Assembly: GCA_966211105.1 (NCBI GenBank)
Contig: CBIHMU010000014.1
Coordinates: 18,032-82,031, forward strand
Source of the DNA: an uncultured Burkholderiales bacterium
Lineage (GTDB): Bacteria; Pseudomonadota; Gammaproteobacteria; Burkholderiales; Burkholderiaceae_C
Direction: 5' to 3'
Length of the DNA stretch: 64,000 nucleotides
Shown: piece after piece, positions 59,888 through 64,000 of the stretch
Layout of the letters: each line of letters starts with the position of its first letter
Numbering within the stretch: position 1 is the stretch's first letter
Position numbers and translations under genes: made by a program
Notes under the pieces: generated by a model
The model's database searches: none
Seen by the model: only the letters and a program-made list of their open reading frames with translations
Told to the model about the DNA's origin: nothing

Positions 59888-60020
59888 GCTGATGGCTCCA
59901 TCAGGCCGGTTCGCCGGCACTGCCTACAACCCGTTCCCGTCCTCGCCGATGGGGACCCTCCGGAATCCGGTTGCAGGCAGCCTCACCCTTTACCGGACAG
60001 GAGTCTCACAAGTGGGAGCA

Positions 60021-61424
60021 ATGGAACTCAGGCACGAGCATCGGCAGACACAGACGCTGTCGCCTCGGCTCCAGCACGCCGTGCGGCTGCTGCAGATGTC
60101 CTCGCTGGACTTCACCACCATGGTCACCGACATGCTGGGGCGCAACCCCTTCCTGGAAGTGACCGAGTCGTCGGACGATTCGTCGCCGCTGGAATCGGAG
60201 ATGCCGGTCGCACCGTCGCCGGTGATGTCGGACGCGCCGGAACCCTTCCCGGACGACCGCGAGATCTGGCGTGCGGAGAGCTCCGGCTCGATGCGCCGCG
60301 CGGAGGACGGCGAACTGAGCGCGCTGGAGATGACCGCCGCGCAGACCTGCCTGCGCGAACACCTGCGCAGCCAGCTGAACGTGCTGCGGCTGTCGCCGCG
60401 CGACCTGGTGCTGGCGACGATCGTGGCCGAGTCGGTCGACGACGACGGCTACCTGCGCAGCTCGCTGGAGGAGCTGGCGGTGGTCGCGCAGATGCAGCCG
60501 CCGGTGGGCATCGACGAGATGCAGATCGCGCTCAAGCGCGTGCAGGCGCTGGATCCGCTGGGCGTGGGCGCGCGCAGCGTGGCCGAATGCCTGCTGCTGC
60601 AGCTGCCCAAGATCGAGGACACGCGCAGCCGCCTGCTGGCCGAGCGCATCATCTCGCAGCACTTGAACCTGCTGGCCTCGCGCGACATCCCGTCGCTGGC
60701 GCAGCTGCTGGACGTGAGCGTGGCGGAAGCCGAGGCCGTGTGCCTGAAGCTGCGCCGCTTCGACCCGCGGCCGGGCTGGCGCTACGAGACGACGCAGGCC
60801 GCCTACATCGTGCCGGACGTGCTGACGACCAAGGTGCGCGGCCAATGGCGCGTGCAGCTGAATCCGGCGGTGATCCCGAAGGTGCGGATGAACCAGGTGT
60901 ACGCGGAACTGTTCCAGCGCCACCGCCAGCAAGGTCATGCGGAAATGGCCAACCACCTGCAGGAGGCCCGCTGGACGATGCGCAACATCGAGCAGCGCTT
61001 CTCGACCATCCTGGACGTGGCCAACGCGATCGTGAAGCGGCAGCGCCACTTCCTCGAGTTCGGCGCGATGGCGATGAAGCCGCTGGGCCTGAAGGAGATC
61101 GCCGACGAGGTCGGCATCCATGAATCGACGGTCTCGCGCGTGACCAACAACAAGTACCTCGCGACGCCGAGCGGCGTGTACGAACTGAAGTACTTCTTCT
61201 CGCGCGCGATCGTGAGCAGCAACGGCAGCGCGTGCTCGGGCACCGCGATCCGCGGACTGATCAAGGACATCATCGAGGCCGAGCGCGCGGAGAACCCGCT
61301 GTCCGACGCCGAGATCACCCGTCAGCTCGCCCGCCAGGGCCTGGTGGTGGCTCGCCGCACGGTGACCAAGTACCGCCAGATGCTGCGCATCGACGCCGTC
61401 GAACGGCGCAGACAGCACAGCTGA
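60021..61424 (+). CDS. rpoN: RNA polymerase sigma-54 factor, paralog outside the usual lptB-rpoN-hpf context
   Basis: Region I LQHAVRLLQM, NPFLE, GVGARSVAECL, HESTVSRVT, RpoN box ARRTVTKYR. Confidence 0.95.
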   Translation: MELRHEHRQTQTLSPRLQHAVRLLQMSSLDFTTMVTDMLGRNPFLEVTESSDDSSPLESEMPVAPSPVMSDAPEPFPDDREIWRAESSGSMRRAEDGELSALEMTAAQTCLREHLRSQLNVLRLSPRDLVLATIVAESVDDDGYLRSSLEELAVVAQMQPPVGIDEMQIALKRVQALDPLGVGARSVAECLLLQLPKIEDTRSRLLAERIISQHLNLLASRDIPSLAQLLDVSVAEAEAVCLKLRRFDPRPGWRYETTQAAYIVPDVLTTKVRGQWRVQLNPAVIPKVRMNQVYAELFQRHRQQGHAEMANHLQEARWTMRNIEQRFSTILDVANAIVKRQRHFLEFGAMAMKPLGLKEIADEVGIHESTVSRVTNNKYLATPSGVYELKYFFSRAIVSSNGSACSGTAIRGLIKDIIEAERAENPLSDAEITRQLARQGLVVARRTVTKYRQMLRIDAVERRRQHS

Positions 61425-61458
61425 CGACCCGTTTTCCCGAGGCGCGATGGAGACAAGG

Positions 61459-61484
61459 ACGAGGCCCCAAGAGGCCTCGTTTTC
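61459..61484 (+). terminator. Intrinsic terminator after rpoN
   Basis: ACGAGGCC-CCAAGA-GGCCTCGT followed by TTT. Confidence 0.7.
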
Positions 61485-61552
61485 ATTGGCGGGTTCAGTG
61501 GCGGCTTCAGTGGCGCCGGCGCAGGGCAGGGGCGCCGCGCCGCCGGCGGGGA

Positions 61553-61939
61553 TCAGTGGTCGGACGAGCGCTTCATCGGGCTGGAGGACTTGGTGTCGTC
61601 CTTGACCATCCGGCCGCGCTGTTCGGCGTCCAGTCCCGGTGTCGATCGCAGGTCGGTGTCGACCTGGCCCTGCTTGAGGTCCTCATGGGCCTGGCCGATG
61701 ACCTCGCGCTGATTCTCACCGGCCGCGCCGGAGCCCATGCCGCCGGTCGAGTCGCCGCCGATGCTCTGATCGCGCTCGTGCGGCAGCTGCGCGTCGTCGT
61801 CGTGGGTGGGCGCTGCGTCGGGCTCGACCTGTCCCGGCGCGACGGGCGACTTGTCGAGCACGGGCCGCGAGCCCGGCGTTTGTGCGGGGCGATCGGTCTT
61901 GGGGGCGGGGGTGCTGGCCATGGCGAGTTCCTGATTCAT
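61553..61939 (-). CDS. Small hydrophilic hypothetical protein (LPHERDQS...GQVDTD motif)
   Basis: Coherent ORF, probably disordered; weak upstream sigma-54-like site GGGTGGGCCGATTGC(C) at 61957-61971. Confidence 0.65.
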   Translation of the reverse strand: MNQELAMASTPAPKTDRPAQTPGSRPVLDKSPVAPGQVEPDAAPTHDDDAQLPHERDQSIGGDSTGGMGSGAAGENQREVIGQAHEDLKQGQVDTDLRSTPGLDAEQRGRMVKDDTKSSSPMKRSSDH

Positions 61940-62061
61940 TGAGATCCCCGGTTGAGGCAATCGGCCCACCCGCGCCGACCGGCGAACCGGCCGGCCGACA
62001 TCACCGCACCAAACGTCGCGCGGCGCCACTGACATCCTCCTTGTTCACCTGACATCCCGCC

Positions 62062-62937
62062 ATGCTGACCCTGCCCGCCTCCTTGATCACGCCGTCGAAC
62101 AGCCCACTGGATGACCTGTTCGCCGCGAAGGAAGACCACGGTCCCGGACACCGCGAAGGTCCGGAGGACGACGCCTTCGAGGCCTGCCAGAACGGCAGGC
62201 TGCCGCCCGGCGGTCTGGCCCACCTCGTCCGCGAGGGCGCGGCGCGGCACGAGAGCCGGGCCGCTCTGAGTGACGGCCTGGAAGAGGTGCTGTCCCATTT
62301 CACCAGGCAGAAGCAGCACCGGGCCGGCATGGCGGCGCACCTCTGCCTTCGCGCCAGTGAGCTGGGTCCGGAGCTTCGACAGGATCCGTGGCGGGACGCG
62401 AGCCACGCCCGGCCGCTGCTGAAGGCGGCCGCCACCTTGTCGCGGTGTCTCGACGCGCAGGCCCCGTGGCGGCTGATCCAACTCCAGTTGCAGGAAGACA
62501 GCCCGCAATACCGGCACGAGGCGCTTCGCCGACGCCTCGCGCGCATCGATGAGATGTCGACCACCATCGATCGCGAGCTGGCCGATCCCGGCATCGACCC
62601 CGCCCATCCGGGACCGCTGAGCTCGCAGGTGCTGGAGGCGTTGACCCACCGGACGGAGGCGGTGGCGGAGCGGATGGGGGCGCTCCTCGCCGCAGCGAGC
62701 AACCTGTTGTCGCTGGCGGACCTGCGCGGTCCGCGCGCCGCGCCGCTGCTGACTGCGCTGTCGGACTACGAAGACATCGTTGCCAAGGCGAGCGAGCGCG
62801 CGAGGCGCGACGGGCACTCCGATGCGATCGCCATGCGGATCGCCCGATACGATGGCCTGGGGGCCGAAGTCCTGCGATTGCCCCACCAGATGTCGGTCGT
62901 GCGCGACGCACTGCTGGGCAGGGGCTGGCGGGGGTGA
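62062..62937 (+). CDS. Hypothetical helical protein
   Basis: 291-aa ORF filling the gap; no family recognised. Confidence 0.55.
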   Translation: MLTLPASLITPSNSPLDDLFAAKEDHGPGHREGPEDDAFEACQNGRLPPGGLAHLVREGAARHESRAALSDGLEEVLSHFTRQKQHRAGMAAHLCLRASELGPELRQDPWRDASHARPLLKAAATLSRCLDAQAPWRLIQLQLQEDSPQYRHEALRRRLARIDEMSTTIDRELADPGIDPAHPGPLSSQVLEALTHRTEAVAERMGALLAAASNLLSLADLRGPRAAPLLTALSDYEDIVAKASERARRDGHSDAIAMRIARYDGLGAEVLRLPHQMSVVRDALLGRGWRG

Positions 62938-62949
62938 CGCGCAGCGCGC

Positions 62950-62964
62950 CGGAACGGCGCTTGC
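62950..62964 (+). promoter_or_regulatory. Sigma-54 promoter (MscS gene)
   Basis: CGGAACGGCGCTTGC(C); ATG is 13 bp after the -12 C. Confidence 0.6.
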
Positions 62965-62976
62965 CCGCCCGGCGCC

Positions 62977-64000
62977 ATGCAGACCTGGAAATCCCGTTTC
63001 GCGATCCTCGATACCGACCTCATGCTCTGGGGTCAGTTGTTGCTCGGCGCCTTGGTGATCATCGCCGGCGCGCTGCTCCTGCATGCGATCCTGCGGCCGA
63101 TCGCCGTGCGCCTCACGCGTTTCTCACCGCTGCTGAGTTCGGTGGTGAAGCGCTGCGACAACCCGGCCCGGTGGGCCTTGCCGACGATCGGGCTGCTGAT
63201 CGCCGCGCAGGGCGTGCCGGACACGATGCCGGGCATCAACGGCGTGCAGCATCTGCTGGGCGTGTTGTGCATCGTCGCGCTGGCCGCCGTCGCGGCCGGC
63301 GCGATCACGGGCGTGGCGCACGGTGTGGCGCTGATGAATCCTGCGGACGTCGAGGACAACCTCGCCGCGCGCCGCATCCAGACGCAGACCAAGGTGCTGG
63401 CCCGCGTCGCCAAGGGGGCGGTGATGCTGACCGCGCTGGCCTTCATCCTGATGACTTTCCCGCGCGCCAAGCAGGTCGGCGCCAGCCTGCTGGCCTCGGC
63501 GGGCATCGCCGGACTGGTCTTCGGCCTGGCGGCGAAGTCCGTGTTCGGCAACCTGCTCGCCGGTCTGCAGATCGCCATGGCGCAACCGATCCGGCTCGAC
63601 GACGTGCTCATCATCCAGGGCGAATGGGGCCGGGTGGAGGAAATCACCTCGACCTACGTGGTGCTCAAGATCTGGGACGAACGCCGGCTGGTGATCCCGC
63701 TTCAATGGTTCATCGAGAACCCGTTCCAGAACTGGACGCGCACCAGCTCCAGCATCCTCGGCACGGTGATGCTGTGGGTCGACTTCACGCTGCCGGTCAA
63801 TGAGCTGCGCGAGAAGGCCACCATCATGTGCAAGGGCTCGGCGCATTGGGACGGGCGGGTCTGCGGCGTCCAGGTCGTGGAAACCACCGAACGCACCATG
63901 CAGATCCGCGTGCTCGTCAGCGCGAAAGACTCGGGCAAGGCCTTCGACCTGCGCTGCGAGTTGCGCGAAGGTCTGATCGCCTGGCTGCAGAAGACGCACC
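62977..64000 (+). CDS. MscS-family mechanosensitive channel (runs off the window end)
   Basis: LLASAGIAGLVFGLAA, NLLAGLQI..QPIRLDDV, WGRVEEITSTYVV, FQNWTR. Confidence 0.9.
   Translation, partial: MQTWKSRFAILDTDLMLWGQLLLGALVIIAGALLLHAILRPIAVRLTRFSPLLSSVVKRCDNPARWALPTIGLLIAAQGVPDTMPGINGVQHLLGVLCIVALAAVAAGAITGVAHGVALMNPADVEDNLAARRIQTQTKVLARVAKGAVMLTALAFILMTFPRAKQVGASLLASAGIAGLVFGLAAKSVFGNLLAGLQIAMAQPIRLDDVLIIQGEWGRVEEITSTYVVLKIWDERRLVIPLQWFIENPFQNWTRTSSSILGTVMLWVDFTLPVNELREKATIMCKGSAHWDGRVCGVQVVETTERTMQIRVLVSAKDSGKAFDLRCELREGLIAWLQKTH

Overview
High-GC betaproteobacterial chromosome segment (Burkholderiales-like, inferred from gene content; not verified). No rRNA, tRNA, CRISPR array or intact transposase was seen. 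(1) 0.2-14.3 kb: two tandem paralogous giant proteins (1498 and ~3150 aa) built from an 8-aa LTTxQVAA repeat. The longer one has 24/408/1800-nt nested periodicity. Both end in a domain resembling the Ca2+-dependent self-processing module (SPM) of Neisseria FrpC, but with Thr-Pro/Ser-Pro in place of the scissile Asp-Pro. (2) 14.9-45.1 kb: mostly ordinary metabolic and transport genes (VOC, esterase, orphan CheY, IMPase, MFS, glycosyltransferases, RND pair, propeller histidine kinase, FAD oxidase, YihY, kbl-tdh threonine operon with XRE-cupin regulator, LysR/oxidoreductases, OAH sulfhydrylase, CBS). An AT-richer islet at ~36.9-39.0 kb carries an orphan Tse2-like toxin with a Tsi2-like immunity gene. 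(3) 45.2-64 kb: a general-stress-type island (PRC-barrel, YihY, GT9, topoisomerase IB, GmhB-like, ElaB/YqjE/YqjK-like, PA2169, AI-2E, MscS) with its own sigma-54 paralog, sigma-54 activator, hybrid kinase and single-domain receiver. About 12 correctly placed -24/-12 promoter motifs were found by eye, including one upstream of rpoN itself. (4) A ~90-bp intergenic element occurs twice, 41 kb apart, with compensatory stem changes. All family assignments come from motif recognition by eye; no database searches were run.
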